Below, one piece after another: positions 37,454 to 47,040 of a DNA stretch of 64,000 nt (its first letter is position 1; every line of letters starts with the position of its first letter). Source of the stretch: Glycera tridactyla (taxonomy: Eukaryota). The position numbers were made by a program, and so were the translations under genes. A model generated the notes under the pieces. That model saw only the letters and a program-made list of their open reading frames with translations, was not told the origin of the DNA and made no database searches. The stretch covers positions 30,380,001 to 30,444,000 of the forward strand of contig OZ286467.1 of the NCBI GenBank assembly GCA_965644265.1. Reading direction: 5' to 3'.

Positions 37454-38344
37454 ATGTCATCTCTTCATCCTTCTATCATCGAATGGGTGGTAGCTATGAC
37501 CACCAGGGTCTGGGCCGATTGGGGCCTGGACAGGGCGGACATGGTGGTGGGCGAGGACTTGGTCCTCATGGTGCTGAGACCCTTGCCTGGGCAGTTAGGA
37601 CTGTCCCTGGCCACTCACCTGACGGGCAATGTGGTTCCCTACCACCACACTGCCCACGTGGCTGCCTGGACGGGCAATTATGAGGTCCCCGCGGCATGGA
37701 CCACGCACCCTTACCCACTATATTATGGGGACCAGGGTGCCATGTCCAGGGCGCTAAGGGACTTGCCCCTCCTGGGCTCCATCGCCACCTCTCCGTCCAT
37801 GGGACCTTCGGGGTATGCCCCCTCCACGCTAGTGGGTCTGCCATTGGAACCAACCCCGGGTTACCCAAGTTCCATGTCCCAGGCCCCGAGCATTGCCCCT
37901 TCCCTGGCTCTGGCAGGGCATGGACAGCCTCTGGCCCACCCAGCGCCCCGGTCCCCAACTCGGCGTCCAGGGTACGCCCAACTCAGAGAGCAGGTTAGGT
38001 CCCCCTATAGTCGAAACCCACCCCAAGTGGGGTTCTCACGTGGGTCTGCTGCCCGAACTAGGCCCCTGCCCTCCATATCTACCCTGCCCCCCATGGCCCA
38101 TGCCCATCGTTCAGCCCCCCAACCCTGGCCTGTAGCGGTGATACCCCCTGCCCATCAGGGCCCACCCTTGTCAGGTAATCCCTTGTTGAGGGATTTGTTG
38201 AATAGAGACGACCCCTTGCCCCCCCAAGTGCAGGACGACTCCCTGTCGTCCACACTGGGTCCCTTGGGCCGTCCTTTGTTCAAGGACGAGCCTGACTCTT
38301 CCTCGTCCAACGAGGGCGAGGCTGGTCGGGGCATTAGACGGTAG
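37454..38344 (+). CDS. Antisense ORF inside the ERV, 296 aa from the first ATG (open frame from 37301), unknown Pro-rich protein
   Basis: ~1-kb stop-free, GC-rich frame between pol and env with no overlapping long sense ORF; aacATG context; not repeat-derived. Confidence 0.6.
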   Translation: MSSLHPSIIEWVVAMTTRVWADWGLDRADMVVGEDLVLMVLRPLPGQLGLSLATHLTGNVVPYHHTAHVAAWTGNYEVPAAWTTHPYPLYYGDQGAMSRALRDLPLLGSIATSPSMGPSGYAPSTLVGLPLEPTPGYPSSMSQAPSIAPSLALAGHGQPLAHPAPRSPTRRPGYAQLREQVRSPYSRNPPQVGFSRGSAARTRPLPSISTLPPMAHAHRSAPQPWPVAVIPPAHQGPPLSGNPLLRDLLNRDDPLPPQVQDDSLSSTLGPLGRPLFKDEPDSSSSNEGEAGRGIRR

Positions 38345-38720
38345 ATATCCGCCCCATGTATAGTCTAGGTTACCTCTGCATGCTGCCCACTCAGAATCCA
38401 TGTAATCTCTATTATATCATATCTCTATATATACTCTATATATCTTTATTCAATCATCATGCGATCAACCATGTTAATCAGTATCTATCTCTGCATGTTG
38501 ATTATCCCTGTGATTCTATAATGATCTATATGGAGGCTCGGCGGCACGAAAGAAGCCCAAGTGGCCCAGCACAAGGGAGGCATCATAGCTCCCCTTTTGA
38601 CACCCTCCCTTATTCACCAGGTAAGTGAATATTTATGCATCTGTTGACAGGGATCAGCTGTCATGTCCCAGATGACAGGACTATCTTACTAACATGTTAT
38701 CCTCTTCCTCCCTTGATAAA

Positions 38721-38722
<2 letters not shown>

Positions 38723-38765
<43 letters not shown>
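38723..38765. repeat. (AAT)n microsatellite within the ERV
   Basis: Direct sequence. Confidence 0.95.
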
Positions 38766-38766
<1 letters not shown>

Positions 38767-39103
38767 CAAAATCAGCTATTCAGAGAATTCATCTTGGCTT
38801 CAGGAATTCCGGGTCGATTCTACCCTAAATCCGACCCTAGATAGTAGAGCACAACCTCTCTTGCCTGGCGACTGAGTGAGCTGATTTCCGCTGATCTACT
38901 GACTATGACGCTGATACCTGATTCATTTCGACCCTGAAATGATTTCTTGTTAGGTTGAACTCTCACAGTTCTATTTTCTAAGCCATTACCTAACAATAAT
39001 AAGCGCTATCAGGCTTTACAAATGGCTATATTGAAGGAGTGGTGGTTCCGGACGCTGATATCTCGTCTAACCTCTCATGCGAGTATCAGTTTCTATACGC
39101 TAC

Positions 39104-40650
39104 CTAACTTCTCGCCTGTCCCTTCAACAATCGTTTCTGACTTCTAGTCACAGGTCCGGATGAGCGTATAGTGAATCTATTTGGCTTATTGGGGTTAAGT
39201 GGCTGCCTGGCCACTGCTGGGTTAGACTTTTGGACCAAATCTGCCCCTACTCTCGGGTCAATCGGCGTTGGCGCCTCTCCCAGAGCGCGAAGCCGGCTAT
39301 CGTCCTCACGGCCGAATAACGATAATTTGTTTCCATGCATTAGTGAGCCCAATGCGAGGTTCGTCTTCGCATCTTGAAGGCGAAACAGGACGCCACCTAG
39401 TGTATCCATGATACGATAAGGTCCAGTTCGCTGATTGTCGGTTTTTCCCACTGCTTGACCAGCGGGTCGAGCGGTCTTCAGCCAGACCAAATCTCCGACT
39501 TTAAATGGCATGGAACTCACGTGATATCGGCGCTCGTACACTTCTTTATACCTCTGAGCTGCTTCTTCTAAATTTTTCCTAGCGATCTCTCGGTGAGCAG
39601 TCAGTTCCGGTAAAAGGCATTCAAGGAAATTTTCGACATTTACTCCCAGAAATGCCGGATTTCTAATATCACAAAACTCTCCGACCCTAGTATCTACCCC
39701 TGTAGCCAAGAACAGAGGAGAATACCCTGTAGATTGAGATGCTGAAGTGTTCAAATTCAGTCTGACTACTGGCAGAAATCTAACCCACTCTTTTGTCTTG
39801 CTAACTAGAACTCGCATGATATTCAAAATCGAACTATTGACTCTCTCTACCTTCGCATTACTCTCGGGTCGATGGCTGCTAGTGTATAGTCTCTTATAAC
39901 CAAACTGCTGAGCTAGGGTCTTCATTATCTGGCTTCTAAAGCTCTGGTGTCTGTCTGTCGTCAGAATGACAGGACAGCCATGTCTACAGACCCATTCTCT
40001 GAAAAATGCTTTGGCAATGGTCTCCGCTCTCTCATTTGGAATGGCAACTAGTTCTACATATGCAGAAAATGAGTCTATTATCACTAATAGCTTCGCATGG
40101 CCTGTGTTAGGGTCGACGGGTAGAGATAATACATCCATATGAACATGATACCAGATAGGGAATATCTGGCGAAGTTCCAAAGGTGCTTTGTAGGAGTTAT
40201 ATGGCCTCTTACCTCGGCCACACGTCTCACAGCTTCTAACATAAGCTTTAACATCGCTAGCCATCTTGGGCCAGTAATATTTCGACTTAATGCTGATCAT
40301 CAATTTCAACACTCCTCTATGGCATCCCATCAGACTGTCATGGTGTACTTCCGTAACGTACAGCCTGAACTGAGCTGGTAAGCATAATTGCAATATCTCT
40401 CGACCCGCTGATTTCGACCCATGCGGCTGGTGTATTCTGTATAACAGGTCTTCCTCGCCTAAAATATAGTGCTGATGGTCTCTCAATACCAACTTGGCCA
40501 AATGAGCTTTCTTTGGCAAGGTTTCATGCTTTAAGTAGTGATAAATGCATTTGAAATCATCGCTGTCTTTCTGCATGTCTCTCAGAATAGCAGCGTCTGC
40601 TCTGAACTGCTTAAGTTGCTCATCCAGCAGCTTAGGACCTAGAACGCATG
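39104..40650 (-). CDS. pol: Integrase part of pol, -1 frame relative to RT-RH
   Basis: HHCC (HHDSLMGCH...CETC); D (HMD), D (TTD), E (KVER); GPY (TGPYRI); no chromodomain. Confidence 0.92.
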
Positions 40651-43338
40651 TGCTTCCTCACTGTCATCTAATATACCCTGGTCTCTGTCATCAGCAGCTG
40701 GATCCCTACCCTGCTCTTGTGCATGTGCTTCTTTCTGTTGCAGTGTGTATGCATCTTTGTAAGGTGTATCATGGCGTGATATATCAGCTATCTCACTTAT
40801 TGTCTTTGCAGCAGGACCATGACTTTGTTTCAGAGTATGCACAAACATGACTATTGTATCATCAAGTGGTGTACCAAGTTCTCTTTTAGTATAGCTCAGT
40901 TTGACAGACTTATCTTCTGGAATACGTGATAATGCATCAACCGCCTCTATTGTTTTGCCAGGAGCATGCTTAATTTCAATGTCAAGTCCCTGTATCTCTA
41001 AGGCCCACCTAAGCAGCTTAGGAGCTGAGGACGTCCTAAGTCCCTTCAAGTATCTAGCAGTCAGATTATCCGTGGTCACATGAAGTTTCTGCCGTCCTAA
41101 GAGATGACGATATAATCGTATAGACATGATAAGACTGAAAGCTTCTTTCGAGTTGATGTCCCACACACGTTGTTGTGTGTTCAATTTCTTTGAGAAAAAT
41201 GCGACAGGACGAAGAACCTCATTATCATCTTTTTGACTAAGAATAGATGATATGCTATGTTGAGATGCATCTGTAGTCAGAAAGAATTCTTTATCAATGC
41301 GAGGATAATAAAGAACCGCATTTTTCAGTAATTCTTCATTCAATCTGTCCATGCTTTCTTGACACTTTTGGTTCCATCTGAACTTCACATCTTTTTGGGT
41401 CAAGTTCGTGATAGGCTCAGCTATTTCAGCATACTTTTTCACAAATTTTCGATAATAACCAGTCAATCCCAACCATCTCCTGACTTCTGTCACATTGGTT
41501 GGCGCAGGGAAGTCCTGAATGGACTTCACTTTCTCAGGATCAGGTGTTAAGCCATCCTGTGTCCAAATATGTCCTAAGAACTTCAATCTTTTGCGAGCAA
41601 AGTCGCATTTTCTTGGATGAACAGTGAAGCCATATTGTCTGAATTGATTAAAAACTTTGGACAGGTGTATTAAGTGGTCTTGAAAAGTACGACTTGCAAC
41701 AAAAACGTCATCAAGAAAGTTGAAAACGTAAGTTTGTCCTAGTCTGCTTAGTGCAGCAGACATGGCTCTACTGTAAGTGAAAGGGGCCAAGCTTAGGCCG
41801 AACGGCATCCTAAGAAACTTATAACACCCTTTTCCAGTTGTAAATGTGGTGCAATCTTGACTGGATTTTTCCATGGATATCTGATAATATCCAGATAGCA
41901 TATCTAGAGATGACATCCATTTGGGAGATTGACGTGATATTGCATCATGAATATCATCAAAAGTAGGCATAACAAAATAGCCAGTGTCTTTTTGTGTCAT
42001 TGAATTCAAAGCTCGATAATCGATGCATGCTCGATATAGGACTGTCCCGTCAGGTGCTCGATTTTTCTTCTTCACCATGACCACTGGGGACTGCCAGGGA
42101 CTATCTGACTCGACAATCACTTTTGCAGCTAACAACTCCTGTATCTGTTTATCCAGAGATTCTTGTTTCTCTGGACTCAACCTATATGGTCTCTGTCTGA
42201 TAATGCGGGTATCAGGTTCTAACTTGATTTCATGTTCTACACACGTGACCTTGCCTAACTGTTCAGTGGAAGTAGCGAAAATATCACGATTTTGATTTAA
42301 CATGTCTACAAGCTGGCGTTTCTGGTGCTTATTGCAGTCTGATAAATCTAAGATATCAAACCACGGAATCGGCTCGAATTCCCGATCCTGCCGAAGTTCC
42401 AAACCTAGCACATTGTCTTTGAAAGCCTCAGTATTGAAGTAATTCGGTGGTACGGTCACATCAGTCTGTGTCTCAAGTTCCGTATTTTGTACTAGCATGA
42501 TGATTTCCTGTTTAATGTCTGCTGGCTCTAAAATGGTATAGTCATCGTCCAACGTAACGTACGCTATGACTGTTTCCGCCGGAATCACGCATTCGACCCC
42601 GCTAGAGTTCGCTAGTTTCACAAAAAGCGATCCCGAATTCGTGACGGTAGCCAGACAGGGATCGAACTCGATGTTCGGCGGGAGGTCAGGGTGATGCGAA
42701 GGGAGAACACAGACCTGGTTCTCGTCTGCATTAGCGGCCGCGCTGGCGACAGCTGGGGCAGATAAAAACTTCAAGAATTCTTTGCTTGCTATCTGTAACT
42801 GAACTATCTGGAGTGTGTGTGGAGGAATCGTGATAGATTTAGTATTTATGACGTCCACTGCTTTGTGAGATGAAATATTAGGGAGGATACTTGCTACCAA
42901 TGGCGAATCATCAAAACGGATATTGTTCTGTTTAAAATCTATCTTTGCATGGTGATTTTTCAAGAAGTCTACCCCCAAAATGAGTGAAACTGGCAGTCCA
43001 TCAGCGACCGTACACGAAAGCTGATACTCCCTCCCTGCTATTTCAATTATCAACTCGACTTGGCCAATGACAGGCATCTGGCCACCTGACGCATCGGTCA
43101 ATCGTACCGTACCGCCAGTGGAGATTGGCAGAGCGCCATCTATATTACAATTCCTCCATGTTTCCTTACTAATCATGCTAACTGACGCACCGGTGTCAAC
43201 CAACGCTTTGAACCTGATTCCCTGGTGTTTGACATAAATGAAATTGCCGTGTAGGTTGAGTGTATGCATGTATTCCTGATCTCTTACTAATAGAACTTTT
43301 GGTGCCCATGTTTGGTTTTGAGAGAGTCCCCCTTGATT
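40639..43338 (-). CDS. pol: Protease - RT - RNase H part of pol
   Basis: ALVDTGAS, IDYRALN, LDMLSGYYQI, MPFGL, FLDD, TTDAS, TTDN, VDALSR. The frame is open from just after the gag stop; first ATG at 43269. Confidence 0.95.
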   Translation of the reverse strand, partial: NQGGLSQNQTWAPKVLLVRDQEYMHTLNLHGNFIYVKHQGIRFKALVDTGASVSMISKETWRNCNIDGALPISTGGTVRLTDASGGQMPVIGQVELIIEIAGREYQLSCTVADGLPVSLILGVDFLKNHHAKIDFKQNNIRFDDSPLVASILPNISSHKAVDVINTKSITIPPHTLQIVQLQIASKEFLKFLSAPAVASAAANADENQVCVLPSHHPDLPPNIEFDPCLATVTNSGSLFVKLANSSGVECVIPAETVIAYVTLDDDYTILEPADIKQEIIMLVQNTELETQTDVTVPPNYFNTEAFKDNVLGLELRQDREFEPIPWFDILDLSDCNKHQKRQLVDMLNQNRDIFATSTEQLGKVTCVEHEIKLEPDTRIIRQRPYRLSPEKQESLDKQIQELLAAKVIVESDSPWQSPVVMVKKKNRAPDGTVLYRACIDYRALNSMTQKDTGYFVMPTFDDIHDAISRQSPKWMSSLDMLSGYYQISMEKSSQDCTTFTTGKGCYKFLRMPFGLSLAPFTYSRAMSAALSRLGQTYVFNFLDDVFVASRTFQDHLIHLSKVFNQFRQYGFTVHPRKCDFARKRLKFLGHIWTQDGLTPDPEKVKSIQDFPAPTNVTEVRRWLGLTGYYRKFVKKYAEIAEPITNLTQKDVKFRWNQKCQESMDRLNEELLKNAVLYYPRIDKEFFLTTDASQHSISSILSQKDDNEVLRPVAFFSKKLNTQQRVWDINSKEAFSLIMSIRLYRHLLGRQKLHVTTDNLTARYLKGLRTSSAPKLLRWALEIQGLDIEIKHAPGKTIEAVDALSRIPEDKSVKLSYTKRELGTPLDDTIVMFVHTLKQSHGPAAKTISEIADISRHDTPYKDAYTLQQKEAHAQEQGRDPAADDRDQGILDDSEEAHAF

Positions 43339-45480
43339 TCATGCTGACATTTTGTTATACCAACAACTTTCTGTGGCATGGCTGTTACCACAGGTGCCAC
43401 AGGCTCGTTTTCTGTTCATGTCTGGCAGATTTCTGGCCATGCTGGCCTGTCTGTCAGAGCAGTTGCTCATGTAGTGACCATCCTGGCCACACCAGAAACA
43501 GACCACCCCCATGAAATTTCTGTACCCATCGGAATTTCCAGTGTTCATCCTCTGGTTGGTTGGAGTTTTTCCAGCCTCCATAGCACAATTTGCCGTCCAA
43601 TGGCCTGTGTTTCCACACTTGTCACACTTGGCTCTGGATTTCTCACTTTCCAATGATCTGCAATTTCTTTTCATGTGCCCTGATTTCCCACAGTGAAAGC
43701 ACTTGACATTCTGGAGAGAAGCTGAACTTCTCTGGGGTCCTGCTCTAGCTCCACCCCGAGCTCTACCCCTGCCTCTGCCACGGGTGGTGACAGAGTTTCT
43801 GGAATTTTCAATCATGTTAATCTGGCCTTGGATTTCTTCGGATTTGTCTGGAATGTCAGCCTGAGTGGCTGTGGCACTCGTGAAATTTTTCGGCAGTTGT
43901 TGAACTGTCGAAATGATCCCATCATCCATCCCTTCAGTCATCTTAGCATCTCTGGCTGCAGAGACGATCCCTTCCAGGGTGTCAGGAGCTCTCATCAGGA
44001 TCAAATTCCTGACAGGATCCCTACACCCCCTGATGATGACATACATCAACTGTCTCTCCTCATCATCAGTGAAATCTGCATCTAATTCTTTCTTGAACAC
44101 CCTCTTTCCCCTGCCTATGACTTTCCTGACGAATTCTGTGGCTGTATCGGTTCCTTGTGTTAAGGAATTTAGATCATGCAGCCTGTCCCAACACCGATAG
44201 CCTATATCCCCAAATTCTTCAAGGAATTTTGTTTTCAGGTTCACAGCTTTTTCTTTGAGTGCCTCAAACCAAATGCAAGCTGTGTCTCCCAGGACCATGG
44301 GCATGATCTCTTCAGGTTTGATGTCTTTGTACTGGCAGTATTTTTCGAATTTTGACCACCAGACATGTGCATCACTTTTGCCTGCCTCAAAAATGGGCAG
44401 TTTCATGATGCTTCCAGCCCTGTCGAATTTCTTCAAGGCTGCAGCTATATCATCAGCTGCTGCGGTTGGTTGTTTAGCCATGCCTGAATTGTCTGGATCG
44501 TCTCGATTAGAGTCGTCTGGATCCGAACCGTCTGGATCTGAATTTTCTGAATCAGGGTTGCCTGAGTGATCTGAACTCTCTGGATTGTCTGGATTGTCTG
44601 GGTGGTCAGGTTGTGTCTGATACTGTTGACCACTTTGTTCAAAATTATCTGAACCTGAACCAGGTTCACCAAAAGGGTATTGATGTGGGATCTGTTGTAT
44701 AGGACTTGACGGATCAGAGCTTGGATCTCTCGGCTCCGAGGCCTCAGGATCCGTGTGTTCTGTGGAGGATCCGTCTGGAAAATTCCTGTGACCCTCTTGA
44801 TCACTTTCTCCTAAAACTTCTTCAAGAAATCCCTCGGGAAATAGTCTAAACTCTTCAGGGTTTGGATATGGAGTGTCTACTGAATTCTCAGCTATGCTGA
44901 TGTCTGAATCAAATAGATCTCCCTGCAAAATTCGTCTGGAAACTCCCTCCCGCTCTGGAAATTCAGGCTGGTGTGCTTCCCCTGCCTTTGGTGGTCTTTC
45001 TGTGATCTGTTGAGCTAGCCTGTTTTGCACATGTTTGTCTTTACTAGCTCTAGTTGCCCAAGCTGGTGGTAAGGTATCTTCTACCTCCTTCTCTATAGAA
45101 ACAGCACCCCCTGGTGTGTTTAACACCCCAAGCTGTGATTTCCCGTGTTTCCCTGGTTTTCGTGGTGTTAGTGGTGGTTGATCTGGCTTAATCTGTGGTG
45201 GCACAGGCGGTGATGGTAGTACTGGATGTGGTGTTAGTACTGGATCAGCCTGTGACAACACAGGTAGAAGTGGTGGTTGTAGGAAAGGTGTAGTAGAAGT
45301 CGTATCCTGTGGTGGCACAGGTGGCGGTGGTGGTGGTGGTGGTGGTGGTGGTGGTATCACAGGTGTTATAGCTTGTAATTCTATGAGGTTTTGCTCAAAA
45401 TCTATAGGATAGGCACCCTGCTTGCTCCCTTCTTCACTGATTCCAGATGGAGGTGGATCGTTTGGGCCGAATCCTGACAT
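43339..45480 (-). CDS. gag: Gag, 713 aa
   Basis: Pro-rich and acidic N-half; capsid-like LPIFEAG..WWSKFE region; CCHC knuckles CFHCGKSGHMKRNC, CDKCGNTGHWTANC, CFWCGQDGHYMSNC, plus CGTCGNSHATESC. Confidence 0.93.
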   Translation of the reverse strand: MSGFGPNDPPPSGISEEGSKQGAYPIDFEQNLIELQAITPVIPPPPPPPPPPPPVPPQDTTSTTPFLQPPLLPVLSQADPVLTPHPVLPSPPVPPQIKPDQPPLTPRKPGKHGKSQLGVLNTPGGAVSIEKEVEDTLPPAWATRASKDKHVQNRLAQQITERPPKAGEAHQPEFPEREGVSRRILQGDLFDSDISIAENSVDTPYPNPEEFRLFPEGFLEEVLGESDQEGHRNFPDGSSTEHTDPEASEPRDPSSDPSSPIQQIPHQYPFGEPGSGSDNFEQSGQQYQTQPDHPDNPDNPESSDHSGNPDSENSDPDGSDPDDSNRDDPDNSGMAKQPTAAADDIAAALKKFDRAGSIMKLPIFEAGKSDAHVWWSKFEKYCQYKDIKPEEIMPMVLGDTACIWFEALKEKAVNLKTKFLEEFGDIGYRCWDRLHDLNSLTQGTDTATEFVRKVIGRGKRVFKKELDADFTDDEERQLMYVIIRGCRDPVRNLILMRAPDTLEGIVSAARDAKMTEGMDDGIISTVQQLPKNFTSATATQADIPDKSEEIQGQINMIENSRNSVTTRGRGRGRARGGARAGPQRSSASLQNVKCFHCGKSGHMKRNCRSLESEKSRAKCDKCGNTGHWTANCAMEAGKTPTNQRMNTGNSDGYRNFMGVVCFWCGQDGHYMSNCSDRQASMARNLPDMNRKRACGTCGNSHATESCWYNKMSA

Positions 45481-45557
45481 CCACCCAAAAATCAGTGAAA
45501 AATATTTTTGAACCCCAAGCGAAAAATGAGATCGCGGTCCCCTCTATCCCAGGAATT

Positions 45558-45932
45558 CTATACAGTGCCATAAAAATATACACCTACGTTTTCAGGGTGT
45601 TCCTGGCCGTGTGCGTCAGTGTTCACGGTGTCGCTGGGTGTGTTGCCTCGACAAACTGGCTTTTGTTCGGCGTGAACCTTGTGCGTAGCCTGCGCTTTCC
45701 AGTGCTCGTATTCCTGAACTGTCGCTGATGTCTGGCGACGATTTGCCGGTTCCCTGATCACCCAGCGATGCGTCGTTCTCCTCCTCGCAATGTTTTTATT
45801 CTCAGTTGGAATGTACTCGTCCGTCGACGAAACCGTAATTTCACGTTCCACACTCTGAGTTCGCTGGTTTCTTCGAGGAAGACAGCAGTTGAACGCTGAA
45901 GGCCTGGCTCGGGTCTGCGTTGGTTTCTTCAT
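45558..45932 (-). CDS. Possible 124-aa leader ORF (ORF0), Arg-rich
   Basis: ATG-initiated sense ORF upstream of gag; no recognised domain. Confidence 0.25.
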   Translation of the reverse strand: MKKPTQTRARPSAFNCCLPRRNQRTQSVEREITVSSTDEYIPTENKNIARRRTTHRWVIREPANRRQTSATVQEYEHWKAQATHKVHAEQKPVCRGNTPSDTVNTDAHGQEHPENVGVYFYGTV

Positions 45933-47022
45933 ACGTTTTGTAGACGTAGCTTGAGTCCTGGCGACGTTCCTTGACGATTCTGCGTTGTTCTCGATCTTTC
46001 TGCTAGGTGGTAGACATCGGCAGCGCCCACTAGCGCCGCCCCGTGGCGATGATGAGCTTGTGACGACTTGTGCAACGTCTGGTCCTGTGACGTATTTTTG
46101 ACGGACGTCACGAGTGCGCTCAAGAATTCGACTGCACGACCCACGCCTTTCCCTGTTTTTAAAGCTTCACAGAGAGAGACGAAGACGTTGTCTGGTCCCT
46201 TCCTAACGATTCATCGACGGCACAACAGTACCGCCCCGAAGTTGAGCTTGCGATGACTTGTATGCGAGATCTGGCGTTCTCCAACGTCCTCCAACGTCCT
46301 CACACGTGGTCCCTTCGAAAGGTAGGCGTCTCCAGTCGTTATCATCGATGGTACGACAGTACCGCCCCGAAATTCTCGCTTGGACGATCGCTGGTCCTCT
46401 CGACGTCTTGCAGGTACGTCCCTTCACGAACGTAGGCTAGTCTGCTCTTAGATGGTTGTCATCGACAGTACCACACGTACTGCCCCGAATGCTGAGCTTG
46501 CGTAGACTTGTCTCGGCTTCTCGATGTCCTCCTACGTCGTTTACGTCCCTCAGACCTTGTAGAAGTTGATCGTCGACTGGCTCCACGTATACCCAACCGG
46601 ATCGTTGATTTTTCGTTGCTGCAACTAGACGGCTGTGTAGCCTGGTGAAGTCAGGCCCGCTGGCGACGTTTCGACGTAGATGTGGTCCCTCCTCGATGAC
46701 TGGATTCGCTGCTGTTGTGTGTGAGAAGAACGGCTTGCTCTCTCGACGCATTCACGGTCCCGAATCGTACCGCTGCTAGCCACTGATCTGCCGTGGCGAA
46801 GCGCGGTACACTGGTCTTGTCACGAAATAGGAACTTTTCTCCTCCCTAATGTAGGGTAGATGCTGATAATATGACCTTTCCTCACGGATTTGACGTCCTC
46901 GCAAATTTTGACGTCACTCTGAGCTGATTCCGCTCGTGCAGATGACGAAAGATCACTTTTTAACCACTGCTCTCCCCACACTCCTACATGAAACGATGAT
47001 TCACACGCGATAACACTGCCTT

Positions 47023-47040
47023 GAGATGGATTCTTCACCA
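47023..47040 (-). other. Primer-binding-site candidate TGGTGAAGAATCCATCTC
   Basis: TGG abuts and overlaps the last LTR base; cognate tRNA not identified. Confidence 0.65.

Noticed and set aside
34642-44804. Plus-strand or alternative-frame ORFs overlapping env, pol and gag (other than 37301-38344)
   Set aside because: Short shadow frames of real CDSs with no independent signal.
44400-45480. Retroviral late-domain motifs in Gag
   Set aside because: Pro-rich, but no exact PTAP/PSAP, PPxY or YPxL found by eye.
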